Below, piece after piece: positions 20,222 through 29,652 of a stretch of DNA of 64,000 bases (positions within the stretch are counted from its first letter, which is position 1; every line of letters begins with the position of its first letter). Location: assembly GCF_048594845.1 (NCBI RefSeq), contig NZ_JBMDXE010000317.1, positions 2,726 to 66,725 of the forward strand. The letters run 5' to 3'. Origin of the DNA: Rhodopseudomonas sp. Lineage in GTDB: Bacteria > Pseudomonadota > Alphaproteobacteria > Rhizobiales > Xanthobacteraceae. The notes beneath the pieces were generated by a model, which saw nothing but the letters and a program-made list of their open reading frames with translations, had not been told where the DNA came from and did not search any database. A program made the position numbers and the translations under genes.

Positions 20222-21988
20222 TCAGCCTGCCGACTGAACGGCGGTGAGCAGCGCCGAGAACATCGTGTTGATGATCTGGATCAGCTCCGAGGCCGCGGAG
20301 TACTTGTTCTGCAGCTCGCTCATGTTCGCCGTCTCTTCGTCGAGATTGACGCCGGATTGCGACGACAGCGAGCTGGCATAGGTCGACTGCGCCGCCTCCT
20401 TGGCGGTGTAGGTGCTGGACGCCTGCGAGGCCCGGCTGGCGACGTTCGATACGATCGCGGCGGCGTAATCGGCGAACGAACCCGTCGTGGCGGACAGGCC
20501 GCCGACCGCCGCAAAGCTCGTGGCGCCGGTCAGCTTCTGATACAGCGTATCGACCACGCTGGCGGCGTTGGACGTCACCACGACGGAGCCGGTCGTGAGC
20601 GTCGCTGACGAATCGAGCGTCGCCAGCGGCAGCGAAGTCGCCCCCGACAGAAGATCGCTGCGCACCGCGAAATCCGAGGCGCCGGTCGCGGTGACCAGAT
20701 CGTTGAGGCCGAAATAGCTGGAGAACCCTGCGCCGCTGCTGCCGGCCGCGCTGGTCATCTGGTTGATGGCGACGCCGTTGCCGCTGCCGGTCGCCTTGAT
20801 CACCAGATGGCCGTCGGCATTGATCGAGGCCGACAATCCGGAGATGCCGTTGACGGCGCTGACGAGGTCGCCGACCGTCGCGTAAGACGACAGGTCGAGA
20901 TCGGCCGACGACACCAGCTTGCCGCTGGAATCGGTGACCGCGAGCCGTACCGTGCCGGTCGCCGACAGCGCATCGCTGCTCGACACCGAGGCCGAGCCGG
21001 TGAGGCTGGCTGGCGGGGGAAGAGACGTCTGCGCGTTCGAGACGGCGTTGAGGGTGGTGGCGAGCTGTGTGGCCAGCGTATCGAGCTGCGACTGGACCGC
21101 CGGTAGCGTGCTGTCACGCAGCGTCACCAGCGCACTGACCTTGCCTGAGCTGATCTGCGACGTGATGTCGACGCCGTTGACCATGATGCCGCTGAAGCCG
21201 CCGCTGCCGTAGGAGGTCGAGGCGCTGACGCTCGACGCCGGCGTGTAGCTCAGCGTGTGTGCCGAACTGTCGACCAGCGCCTGGCCGGAGGTGGTGGAGA
21301 TCTGCAGGTCGCCGTTCGCCGCCGTGTAGTAGGAGATGTTCATCTGCGAGGAGACGTCCTGCAGCGCGGTGTTGCGCTCGTCCTCCAGATCGGCGGTGGA
21401 CTGACCGGCCGCCGCGGCCTGCCGGATCGCGGTGTTGAGATCCGCGATGCGCGACAGATCGTCGTTGATGCCGCTGACCGCGGAGGCGATGTCCTGGTCG
21501 GCGTTGCCGCGCAGCTTCTGGATGCCGCTCGACGTCTCGCGCAGCTGCGACGCCACCGCTTCCAGTGCGCTCACCGCGTTCGACTGCAGCGAACTGCTCG
21601 ACGGCGTCGCCGCCAGCGACGACAACGCCGACTCCAGCGAGGCGAGCGTATTGGCCAGCGAAGTGCCGGTCGACGTGCTGCCGGAGCTGCTGGTCGAGCC
21701 GTAGAGCTGCTGCAGCGAGCCGAGATAGCTGTTGAGCGTATCGGCCGATCCGAGGTCAGAGTTTGAGGCGATCAGCGACTTCAGCAGCAGGCGGTCGACC
21801 GTGCTGGTGATGCCGGTGACGGTGACGCCGGTGCCGACCCCGGCGGTGACGCTGCTGGCCTGGTTGGCGGTCTTCTTGGTGTAGCCGGTGGTGTCGGCAT
21901 TGGCGATGTTCGCCGATGCCACCGAGATCTGCACCTGCGTCGCCGACAAGCCGCTGAAGGCGATGCTTCGGGCGATGTTGAGCGACAT
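20222..21988 (-). CDS. flgK: Flagellar hook-associated protein FlgK
   Basis: SGLSATQVQISVASANIANADTTGYTKK, DLEDERNTAL, SGVNLDEETANMSELQNKYSAASELI. Start ATG 21988 (GGAGGAGG RBS). Confidence 0.9.
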   Translation of the reverse strand: MSLNIARSIAFSGLSATQVQISVASANIANADTTGYTKKTANQASSVTAGVGTGVTVTGITSTVDRLLLKSLIASNSDLGSADTLNSYLGSLQQLYGSTSSSGSTSTGTSLANTLASLESALSSLAATPSSSSLQSNAVSALEAVASQLRETSSGIQKLRGNADQDIASAVSGINDDLSRIADLNTAIRQAAAAGQSTADLEDERNTALQDVSSQMNISYYTAANGDLQISTTSGQALVDSSAHTLSYTPASSVSASTSYGSGGFSGIMVNGVDITSQISSGKVSALVTLRDSTLPAVQSQLDTLATQLATTLNAVSNAQTSLPPPASLTGSASVSSSDALSATGTVRLAVTDSSGKLVSSADLDLSSYATVGDLVSAVNGISGLSASINADGHLVIKATGSGNGVAINQMTSAAGSSGAGFSSYFGLNDLVTATGASDFAVRSDLLSGATSLPLATLDSSATLTTGSVVVTSNAASVVDTLYQKLTGATSFAAVGGLSATTGSFADYAAAIVSNVASRASQASSTYTAKEAAQSTYASSLSSQSGVNLDEETANMSELQNKYSAASELIQIINTMFSALLTAVQSAG

Positions 21989-22010
21989 GGCGGCCTCCTC
22001 CGCTGCGACG

Positions 22011-22490
22011 TCAGGCGCGAATGCTGGTCCCGACCGACGTGGCACGCACCGCGCGCGCGCCGCCGGCGCCGTAGGGCGAGGCGCTGGCGAGCTGTTCGCG
22101 GATCGCCTGCATCACCGCGTCGATGCGGCGGTGGCTCGCTTCCATCGCGGCGCGCAGCCGCACCAGGTTTTCGTCCATCGCGCCGCGCAGTTGCAGAACG
22201 CGATCGACCAGCCGGTCTCGGAGCTGCGGGTTCTGGACGTGGATGACGTTCGATCCGCCTGTGCAGTCCGCGACCCAGCGTTCGAACAGCTCGGCCAGCC
22301 GTGCCTTCTCGTCGACCTGCTTGAGCCGCGAGGCGGGCAGCCCTTTAGCGAGTTCGGTGTTCTCGTCGTCGATCACCAGAATCAGCTCGTCGATCAGTTG
22401 GATCATCGCCAGCGCGCGCTCGTCGCTGATGCCCGTCCGGGCGGGATTGCCATGGCCTGCCTGTTTCATCGTCGCCGTTCCCGTCTTCAT
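22011..22490 (-). CDS. Putative FlgN-like flagellar export chaperone
   Basis: Helical protein of about 150 aa (LILVIDDENTEL...ENLVRLRAAMEASHRRIDAVM...SPYGAGG) immediately upstream of flgK/flgL. Confidence 0.55.
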   Translation of the reverse strand: MKTGTATMKQAGHGNPARTGISDERALAMIQLIDELILVIDDENTELAKGLPASRLKQVDEKARLAELFERWVADCTGGSNVIHVQNPQLRDRLVDRVLQLRGAMDENLVRLRAAMEASHRRIDAVMQAIREQLASASPYGAGGARAVRATSVGTSIRA

Positions 22491-22496
22491 CAGAGT

Positions 22497-22760
22497 TCAG
22501 TGCCGGCCGGATCGCCCGGCCGCGTTGGCTCCACGCGCATAGGCGGTAATCGCTGTCGTCCGCTCGGTCGCCCGCGCCAGTTCGGCGGCGACGCGTTCGC
22601 GGCCGCGCGCCAGCTCGCGGCGGATCCGCTCGATCGCGTCGATCAAGGCGACGAGATCGGCCTCGGCGCCGCCGCCGGCCCGCGCGGCGCGCAACTTCAG
22701 CCGCGCGAGGCTGGGCAGCAGCGTATCGAGGTGCTCGTCGTGGTCCGGGCGGCGCGTCAT
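22497..22760 (-). CDS. Small helical protein, possibly a FliT-like chaperone
   Basis: 87 aa, coiled-coil-like, ends ...AITAYAR...; start overlaps the flgE stop. Confidence 0.45.
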   Translation of the reverse strand: MTRRPDHDEHLDTLLPSLARLKLRAARAGGGAEADLVALIDAIERIRRELARGRERVAAELARATERTTAITAYARGANAAGRSGRH

Positions 22761-24022
22761 CGCATCGCCGAGATCAAGGTATCGAACATCTTGTTCACCG
22801 TGGTGATCACCTGCGAGGCCGCCGAATAGGCCTGCTGCGCCGAGATCATGCTGCTGAACTGGCTCGACGTGTCGGTCGTGCTGGATTCCAGTTCGGAGCC
22901 GTAGATGGTGCCGGCGCCGTTCGCACCCGAGGTCTGCACCGACGCGCTGCCGGAGTCCGCCGTCGCCGAGTACATGCCGTAGCTGTTGCCGGAGAGGCCG
23001 CTCGGATCCTTGAAGGTCGCGACCGCGATCTTGTAGATCGCGATGGTCTGGCCGTTCGAGTAGGTGGCGTTGACGACGCCGTTGCTGCCGACCTTGATGC
23101 TGGAGAGCTTGCCGTAGGCGAGGCCGTCCGACGAAATGCTGGTGACGTTGATGGCCGGCGTCGTCAGGCCGGAGGCGTATTGGGTCAGCCCGTTGGTGCT
23201 GCCGACGGTGCCGAGGTCGAGCGAGACGGTCGAGTCCGACGCACCGTCGGTCCAGCCGCTTACCGCAATCGTCGCCGGGCTCGGGCTGGTCGAAGCGAGC
23301 GAGCCGTCGCTGTTGAAGGTGATCGCCACCGAGCCGGAGGTTGTGCCCGTGGTCTTGCTGGTGTCTGACGACAGCGTCGGGTTGCCGAAGCTCGCTGTCC
23401 AGGCGTTGGCGGCGGTCTTGGTCCAGGTCACCGCGACCGAATTCGCGGTGCCGAGTGAATCGTACACCGTCATCGAACTCGAATAGGTGGCGCCCGTTTC
23501 GGCGTCGGCCGGCAGATTCGCCGCGAACGTCGTCTTGGTGGTAGCGCTGCCGCTGGTCGAGGCGACCTGGGTGTTGATCGGGGTGAGGCTCGACGAGGAC
23601 GCATCGCCGACCACGTTGCCGTCGGCGTCGGTGCGCCAGCCTTCGAGATAGTAGCCGTTGTTGACCAGGTAGCCGGAATTGTCGATCGAGAACGCGCCGT
23701 TGCGCGTGTAGTAGGTGGTGCCGCCGGAGGCCGCATCCGAGGTGACGAAGAACCCGCTGCCCTGGATGGCGACGTCGGTGGCGTTGCTGGTCGCGGCCAG
23801 CAGGCCCTGCTGGCTGATATTGGCGCGGCCCGAGACGGTGACGCCGCCCGACGCGTAGGACGACGAACTACTCGACGCCGTCACCAGATTCTCGAACATC
23901 GCCGAGGTGGTCTTGTAGCCGGTGGTATCCGAATTGGCGATGTTGTCGGAGATCATCGACAAGGACTGGCTCTGCGCGTTGAGCGCCGAGATCGCCGAAG
24001 AGAGTGCGCCGCTGAGACTCAT
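22757..24022 (-). CDS. flgE: Flagellar hook protein FlgE
   Basis: ISDNIANSDTTGYK, TDVAIQGSGFFV, YTRNGAF, YDSLGT, C-terminus LESS..D...FSSMISAQQAYSAASQVITT. Confidence 0.93.
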   Translation of the reverse strand: MSLSGALSSAISALNAQSQSLSMISDNIANSDTTGYKTTSAMFENLVTASSSSSSYASGGVTVSGRANISQQGLLAATSNATDVAIQGSGFFVTSDAASGGTTYYTRNGAFSIDNSGYLVNNGYYLEGWRTDADGNVVGDASSSSLTPINTQVASTSGSATTKTTFAANLPADAETGATYSSSMTVYDSLGTANSVAVTWTKTAANAWTASFGNPTLSSDTSKTTGTTSGSVAITFNSDGSLASTSPSPATIAVSGWTDGASDSTVSLDLGTVGSTNGLTQYASGLTTPAINVTSISSDGLAYGKLSSIKVGSNGVVNATYSNGQTIAIYKIAVATFKDPSGLSGNSYGMYSATADSGSASVQTSGANGAGTIYGSELESSTTDTSSQFSSMISAQQAYSAASQVITTVNKMFDTLISAMR

Positions 24023-24041
24023 GACACTGCTCCGGCTGCGA

Positions 24042-24710
24042 TCACGACGTGACGCCGATGACGTTGCTGGCGCTGACCGCCACGCCGTTGACCAGCAGCG
24101 ACGGCGTGCTGGTCGAGGTGTCGATGCCGGTGACGGTGCCGCTGACGGTCGAGTACTGGTAGACGGAGTTTCCGGCGGCGTCGGTCGCTGTCACCGAGAT
24201 GCTGTACTGCCCGCCGTCGGAGAGTTGCGTGCCGCTTGAATTCTTGCCGTCCCAGGTGAAGCTGTTGGAGCCGGCGGTGCCGCTCCCGGTGCCGCTCCAC
24301 ACCGTGTTGCCGGACGAATCCTTGATGCTGATCGCCACGTCCGACGCGGCCGACGACAGGGTGTAGCCGAATGTCGCCGAACCGCCGGACAACGTGGCTG
24401 TGTCGGTCTTGGCTTCGACGGTGTGGCCGATGTAGTTGACCGAATTCAGCGTCACCAGGCTCGAGAACGAGCTCGCCAGCGAGCTCATGCTGGCATTGGT
24501 GTTCTGCTGTTCGGTGAAATTGGCGTAGGACGTCAGTTGATTGATGAAATCGGTTGTGCTGGTGGCGTTCAGCGGATCCTGATTCTGCAGTTCGCTGACC
24601 AGAAGGCTGAGAAAGTCGCTGGAGCTGAGAGAGGTGGAAGACGACGACGAACTCGTCGTGCTCGTCGAGGTGGTGGCGGCCGACGCGGTGGTCGCGGCAA
24701 CGCTGGTCAT
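24042..24710 (-). CDS. flgD: Flagellar hook capping protein FlgD
   Basis: DFLSLLVSELQNQDPLNATSTTDFINQLTSY, FTWDGKNSSG, GQYSISVTA. Start ATG 24710 (GGAGG RBS). Confidence 0.92.
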   Translation of the reverse strand: MTSVAATTASAATTSTSTTSSSSSSTSLSSSDFLSLLVSELQNQDPLNATSTTDFINQLTSYANFTEQQNTNASMSSLASSFSSLVTLNSVNYIGHTVEAKTDTATLSGGSATFGYTLSSAASDVAISIKDSSGNTVWSGTGSGTAGSNSFTWDGKNSSGTQLSDGGQYSISVTATDAAGNSVYQYSTVSGTVTGIDTSTSTPSLLVNGVAVSASNVIGVTS

Positions 24711-24802
24711 GTCGCAAGCCTCCAGGCTTCGCCGCACGGTGCGCAGCGAGGGCGTGGTGAAAACGGATGGTCTTGGGCGGAGTCCGTGGGGCCGCCTGCT
24801 GA

Positions 24803-24834
24803 TCAAACGGGGCGGCGGCCGAATCCAGGCGCGG
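24803..24834 (-). promoter_or_regulatory. Putative ECF promoter of the flgDE-KL operon
   Basis: Minus strand reads CCGCGCCTG-N15-CCGTTTGA; the motif is shared with four other cassette promoters. Confidence 0.7.
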
Positions 24835-24862
24835 ATTCTGAGGAGCTAATGAATTGATTAGT

Positions 24863-24876
24863 CGGCAGAATTTGCC
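24863..24876 (-). promoter_or_regulatory. ftr-like (FlbD-type) palindrome upstream of the flgD promoter
   Basis: GGCAAATTCTGCCG, 28 bp upstream of the putative -35. Confidence 0.45.
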
Positions 24877-24900
24877 TAGCGCGGGACGTGGTCGTGGCGC

Positions 24901-25410
24901 TTAGTTCAGCCGTGTGCGCTGGACATCCGACAGCGTCGTGTCGCAGGCGAGCGCGTGCGACATCCGCCAGAACATGTGGGCGAGGCGTGTGAAAGCGATC
25001 CGCTCGCGGGCCGAATCCTCGACGCTCGGCGGCAACGTGAACGTCTCGATACCGATGATGTTGTCGCAGGTGGGATGCTGGCCGATCGCCTGCGCGATCA
25101 CCGATACGCAGGGGGCGTCATCGGCTGCTTCGGCGTCGGTTTGAGGCGGCAGGCCAGGGTGCTGCAACGGCGCCGCATAGAACTGGTAGGCGCCGTGGCC
25201 GAGTTGCTTCACGACATCATCGGCGAGCGGCGGCGTGTCGCCGAAGCAGACCAGCCGCGAATCCTTCAGCACCTCCGGCTCGAGCAGATCGAGATCGGAA
25301 GGCGACACGTCGGTCCAGATCGACAGGCCCGGATTGTGCTCGCGGAGCAGCAGCGTCAGCGCGTGCTGATAGTCGGGGCGGCCGGCAAACAGGATGATGG
25401 TCTTGAGCAT
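24901..25410 (-). CDS. Formyltransferase-like protein with degenerate active site
   Basis: TIIL...HNPGL, LGHGAYQFY (NFHP expected), LAHMFWRMSHALA resemble rhizobial formyltransferase-family proteins. Confidence 0.55.
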   Translation of the reverse strand: MLKTIILFAGRPDYQHALTLLLREHNPGLSIWTDVSPSDLDLLEPEVLKDSRLVCFGDTPPLADDVVKQLGHGAYQFYAAPLQHPGLPPQTDAEAADDAPCVSVIAQAIGQHPTCDNIIGIETFTLPPSVEDSARERIAFTRLAHMFWRMSHALACDTTLSDVQRTRLN

Positions 25411-25422
25411 CGGGCGTATCCT

Positions 25423-26754
25423 TCAGATGCGCGGCACCGGGACGACGGCGCTGCCGCGTCCGCTCGCGAGCGAGGCAAAGAGATCGGGCGGGATCGGCTG
25501 GCCGGGCAGGATTTCGAGCACGCTGGCGCGGCCCGAGCGCGCTGCCCGTCGCGCGGCATCGACCTCGTCGCGCCAGGCACACAGCGTCAGTTCGAGCCGG
25601 CCGAAGCCGCCGCATTCGGCGGCGAATGCGCTGGTCGCGGCATCGATGGTGGCGGCGACAGCGCGGGCGTCCGCCGTGCCGACATCGTGCAGAATCACCG
25701 CAACGCTGTCGGTCGAAGGCGAGGGGGACTGCATCACCACGAGGGCGTCGCGAGGTCCGGTCCGGCCGGCCCGTCGCGGCGCGCGGGCGATTGCCGCGAA
25801 GCTCGGGTCGGGTCCGAGATCGGCCGTGGTGCTGCGCAGATCGTGGACGATCGTTGCCTTGCTCTCCGACAGATCCCCGACCAGCGCGTGGTATGAGCGT
25901 GGCAGCCAGACCGTGTCGAGCGACCGCTGCGAGGTCGCCAGGCACCAGGCCTGATCGAGCAGCGCGCCTTCCCACACAGTCGGGCACAGCTCGGCGAGCT
26001 GCTGCCAGACGGCGAGGAAGGCTTCGGCAGCGGCGGTCCGGCCGAGGTAGATCGTTCGGGCCGACATCTCCCAGCGATTCCATTTATGGACCGCGAGATC
26101 GCAGGCCAGCCGTGTCGGTATCAGCGGCGCCTCGTGCAGATCGGCCCCCGCCTCGACGAACAGCAGCGGTTCGGCGAAGCGGTCCCACATTCGCGCGATG
26201 AAGTCGGCCTTCTCGGCGCACTGCAGGCGATCGTCGAATGCGCTGTCGATCGGTTCGATATGCGCGGCGAGCTGGTGGCGCTCGACGGCTTGCCGCAGCC
26301 GGATCGCACCCTGATCGTCGCCCCGGCGCGGATAACAGCTCACCACCCGTAGCCGCTCGGCCGTCGCGGCGCGCGGCACGAGCGTCTCGATCGGGCCGAT
26401 GCCACCCCACCACAGCTCGTGCGGGCCGTCGGCGCCGTGCGTGCCCACCGTGCCGTATTCGGTCAGCTTCGATTTCAGAAAATCGAACACCGGATTCTCG
26501 CCGAACGGCACGACGACGACGCAACCGGGCCGCAGGCTGCGATAGAACAGCTCGGCGCCGGCACTGTTGAGAGGATCGGTGACGATGATCAGCCCATCCT
26601 CGGGCCGAAGCTTGTCGCCTCGCCGATATAGCCTGGCTGCGCCGAACTGCATGACCAGCCAGCCGAGCCGGCGGCGCTGCGCGGCGTTGAGCCGAAGCTC
26701 GGCGGAGCGCAGCAGGGAGGCGAGGTCTGCGGGGACATGATCGGAAGCGTGCAA
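25423..26754 (-). CDS. Hypothetical protein with a GT-A/nucleotide-diphospho-sugar transferase-like central domain
   Basis: VVSCY...A.RL...L..HIE...C..KADFI..M...LLFVEAG (DxD position degenerate)...CDLAVH...TIYL..T..A..FL..W. Start uncertain; TTG 26754 chosen, ORF is open to 26928. Confidence 0.45.
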   Translation of the reverse strand: MHASDHVPADLASLLRSAELRLNAAQRRRLGWLVMQFGAARLYRRGDKLRPEDGLIIVTDPLNSAGAELFYRSLRPGCVVVVPFGENPVFDFLKSKLTEYGTVGTHGADGPHELWWGGIGPIETLVPRAATAERLRVVSCYPRRGDDQGAIRLRQAVERHQLAAHIEPIDSAFDDRLQCAEKADFIARMWDRFAEPLLFVEAGADLHEAPLIPTRLACDLAVHKWNRWEMSARTIYLGRTAAAEAFLAVWQQLAELCPTVWEGALLDQAWCLATSQRSLDTVWLPRSYHALVGDLSESKATIVHDLRSTTADLGPDPSFAAIARAPRRAGRTGPRDALVVMQSPSPSTDSVAVILHDVGTADARAVAATIDAATSAFAAECGGFGRLELTLCAWRDEVDAARRAARSGRASVLEILPGQPIPPDLFASLASGRGSAVVPVPRI

Positions 26755-26807
26755 GATGGTGGACCGCAAAAGGGAAAGCTGCCCCTTGAACGGCCGAGCG
26801 CGCGGGA

Positions 26808-29255
26808 TCAGGCGCGCGCGTTTTCGTCGGCGCTGGCGGCGAGCGGCCGGCCTGCGCCGAGCGGCGTCACCGCCAGCGTGTAGATCGCGACCGGTGATGG
26901 CAGTGGGCCGAGTTGGACCAGCAGGCACGCCTCGTCCTGATCAGCCAGATAATGACGGCCGCTGCGGCGCAGTCCGGCATCGATCAGTTGCGCGGCCGGA
27001 ACGCTCACGACCTCCTGCCCATGCGCAGCCTCGGTGATTGTCTTGCCCTGCTGCAGCACGACGCCGTCGAGTAGCCCTTCGCGCGCGAGCTTGCCGAGCG
27101 GCAGCGCGATCATCGCGAGGCCCATTTGCTGCGAGACCGGGACGCGGAGGCGCAGATCGCCGAGGCCGGTGAGAAATACCGTGACGGTCTGCAGCGTGGC
27201 GCTGCCGTCGGCTCCGAACAGACCAACCTGCAGCGTGCCGCAAGGCGCCTCGCCGACTACATCGGACGACAGTCGATTGGCGCCGAACAGCGCATAGGAA
27301 TAGGCCAGCGACGGTGATAGCGCCGCGAAGCTGCCGGCGATCCACATCGGCGGCGGGGCGGTGGTGCAGGCGGCGGAGAGGCCGCGCGCCACGATCTGCT
27401 TACGGATGAAATCGCCGTCGATCATCGGCGCCAGCGTCGCGGTGCCGAGATTGACGTCGTGCTGGAAGTCGCCGAACAGCGCGAGCTCCTCGTCGTCGGG
27501 CAGCAGCAACAATCGCCCGATCGTGGCGGCGCTCCAGGCCGCCGACCGCGCAAGGTCGTCGTCAGGCGACAGCCTATAATCCGTGGCGACGGCGCCGGCC
27601 GCTGCCGTGAAGGCGAGCGCGCCGGCCTGGATCTCGGCGCATCGCGCGATCTGCGCGGCCGGCCGCGGATTGGCTTCGCGCACCACGCGGCCGTGCTGAT
27701 AGTCGCGGACCGATCCCTCCGGTGCGCAGCAGATCTGCTCCAGAATCAGCGCATTGCGCACCAGCATGCGATTGACGTGCGGCGTTACGGTGCGATCGCA
27801 GATGAAGCCCTCGGCGCTGTCGCCTTCCGGAATATCCTCGAGCGCGTCGTCGAGGGCGAACAGATACAGCCCGTGCAGGCGGACGGATCTGCCGTCCAGG
27901 CGTAGCGCGCGGTTCAGCGCTTTCTGCACATTGCCCGAATAGCCGACATCGACCAGCACGACGTCGGTCAGCGCGTCGAAATCAGCTATCGTCCGTTGCA
28001 GATAGCCGATCAGCCGGGCCCGGAGCCCGGCCGCGAGGTCGGCGACATCGCGCGGGCGCAGCAGGGTCGGCAGCGCGTCGGCGAGATCGGCGCCAGTGGC
28101 GATGCCGCCGGGATGGTCGGCGAAGAAGCGTGTGACTGCCGGCGGCAGCAGCTTCATCATGTCGCGGAACGTCGCGGCGTCGATCTTCGGAATCTTGCGA
28201 AACAATTCGCACAGCGGCTCGAGCGTATCGGCCGAGGCGATCAGGCTGACGCGGCGATTGACTTCGAGATAGCAGGCGGGTGTCGCACGCGTCTGTTGCC
28301 AGACCCGGTACGACAGGAAGCCGTCGCGGCCGAGGAAGGCGAGGCCGACGCGGCGGCCCTGCTGCTCGAGCTTTGCCAGACGATCCGCCACGAAAGCATC
28401 GAACGCGCGCATCACCGGTCCGACCACGGTGACGCCGAGATGATGCGCCGGCGATTTCTCCGCGCTGCGCGCCGCCACCATCCGCCGCAGCGTGCGTGCG
28501 CCATGATCGAGCTGCCGCGGGTGATCGTCGCACAGCAGTTCGAACAGCGAGGCCTCGCGCTGCAGCCGCGACGTCAGCCTCGCGCCGGCCTGCGGATAGT
28601 GCCGCGCCCGGATGCCGAAGCGCCGCGCGCCCTCGATGTCGGCCTGCGGATTGTCGCCGACATGCAAGGCCAAGGCGGTATCGATCCCTTGCTCCGCCAC
28701 ATAGGCGGCGAACAGCGACTCGCTCTTGCTGCTGCGGTGGTCGCAGGAGGCGTAGAGGAAATCCCAGGCGAGCTCGGGGCAGCACGCCCGCAACAGTTGC
28801 CCGAGCCGCGCCGAATCCCAATACGTATCAGAGATGAATCCGACGCGGTGGCCGGCGCGCTTGTTGTCGAGATATTGCGCGAGTATTTCCGGATTTGTCC
28901 GGCACAGGTCGAGCTCGGCGCTGAATTCCGCTTCCACCAGTCGATCAATCGCGCCCGCATCGAGCCCGAACAGTTTGAACGGGAAGCAGGAATAGATCTC
29001 GGCGATATGCACCTCGGCCGAGCCGCGTGTCTGCTTTGCTTTCGCGCGCGCGCGGGATTCAGCAAGGATGCGATGCTGACAGAAACCATCAGACATATTC
29101 CGATCATCATCGGAAATGCCCGAAAGCTGATAAGCCCTTTCAAATACGCCGGTTGGCGTCGTGCAGGCACGTACCAGAAATGTATCGAAAACATCGAACG
29201 AGCACGCGCGCTGCGTCTGCGTTCGACGTAGGCCGCCGATCGATAGCGCCGTCAT
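26808..29255 (-). CDS. HAD phosphatase + glycan phosphoribosyltransferase-like protein (probable PRPP-dependent ribofuranosyltransferase)
   Basis: HAD motifs SFDVFDTFLVR, ISDTY, SSKS..LF, HVGDN..AD; second domain G...VGP..., FLGRDG, LVDVGYSGNVQ, GLYL, LEQ....EGS...Y. Start placed at ATG 29255. Confidence 0.7.
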   Translation of the reverse strand: MTALSIGGLRRTQTQRACSFDVFDTFLVRACTTPTGVFERAYQLSGISDDDRNMSDGFCQHRILAESRARAKAKQTRGSAEVHIAEIYSCFPFKLFGLDAGAIDRLVEAEFSAELDLCRTNPEILAQYLDNKRAGHRVGFISDTYWDSARLGQLLRACCPELAWDFLYASCDHRSSKSESLFAAYVAEQGIDTALALHVGDNPQADIEGARRFGIRARHYPQAGARLTSRLQREASLFELLCDDHPRQLDHGARTLRRMVAARSAEKSPAHHLGVTVVGPVMRAFDAFVADRLAKLEQQGRRVGLAFLGRDGFLSYRVWQQTRATPACYLEVNRRVSLIASADTLEPLCELFRKIPKIDAATFRDMMKLLPPAVTRFFADHPGGIATGADLADALPTLLRPRDVADLAAGLRARLIGYLQRTIADFDALTDVVLVDVGYSGNVQKALNRALRLDGRSVRLHGLYLFALDDALEDIPEGDSAEGFICDRTVTPHVNRMLVRNALILEQICCAPEGSVRDYQHGRVVREANPRPAAQIARCAEIQAGALAFTAAAGAVATDYRLSPDDDLARSAAWSAATIGRLLLLPDDEELALFGDFQHDVNLGTATLAPMIDGDFIRKQIVARGLSAACTTAPPPMWIAGSFAALSPSLAYSYALFGANRLSSDVVGEAPCGTLQVGLFGADGSATLQTVTVFLTGLGDLRLRVPVSQQMGLAMIALPLGKLAREGLLDGVVLQQGKTITEAAHGQEVVSVPAAQLIDAGLRRSGRHYLADQDEACLLVQLGPLPSPVAIYTLAVTPLGAGRPLAASADENARA

Positions 29256-29283
29256 GCGTCGTAATCCGCTTATTTGTCGTCGG

Positions 29284-29314
29284 TTCAACGCGTGGTAATC
29301 GATAAGCAGGCGGC
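29284..29314 (-). promoter_or_regulatory. Putative ECF promoter of the HAD/gPRT operon
   Basis: Minus strand reads GCCGCCTG-N15-GCGTTGAA, about 30 bp upstream of ATG 29255. Confidence 0.65.
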
Positions 29315-29617
29315 GGGCGACGCTAAAAGTTAGTTCGTGATCGAAATGCTGCTGATCATCGACTGACACCGCGACAAATTGCGTTAGTGTCGAGTGCATG
29401 ATTCGGAACTCACCACTCGTCGCTAATTCGCGAGAACGGCTACGTCGCCAACGCGATGGTGATCGTTCGTCGCGTCTGTGCCGATGGTGTCAGCCGGCTC
29501 GCGCGCCGATCGCGCTGCGCGTCGCGAGGGGAGAGCCGCTCGGTCGGCCGGCGGGCCCCCTTGGTGTGTCGATGTGGTCTGCGCTGTGCATCGGAGCGCC
29601 GATCAGCCGGACAAGGA

Positions 29618-29652
29618 GGCAAATATTGCCGTCCGGTCGGCAAAACATTCCT
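29618..29652 (+). promoter_or_regulatory. Two ftr-like sites upstream of the sigma promoter
   Basis: GGCAAATATTGCCG (29618-29631) and GGCAAAACATTCCT (29639-29652); the second lies 28 bp before the putative -35. Confidence 0.45.
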
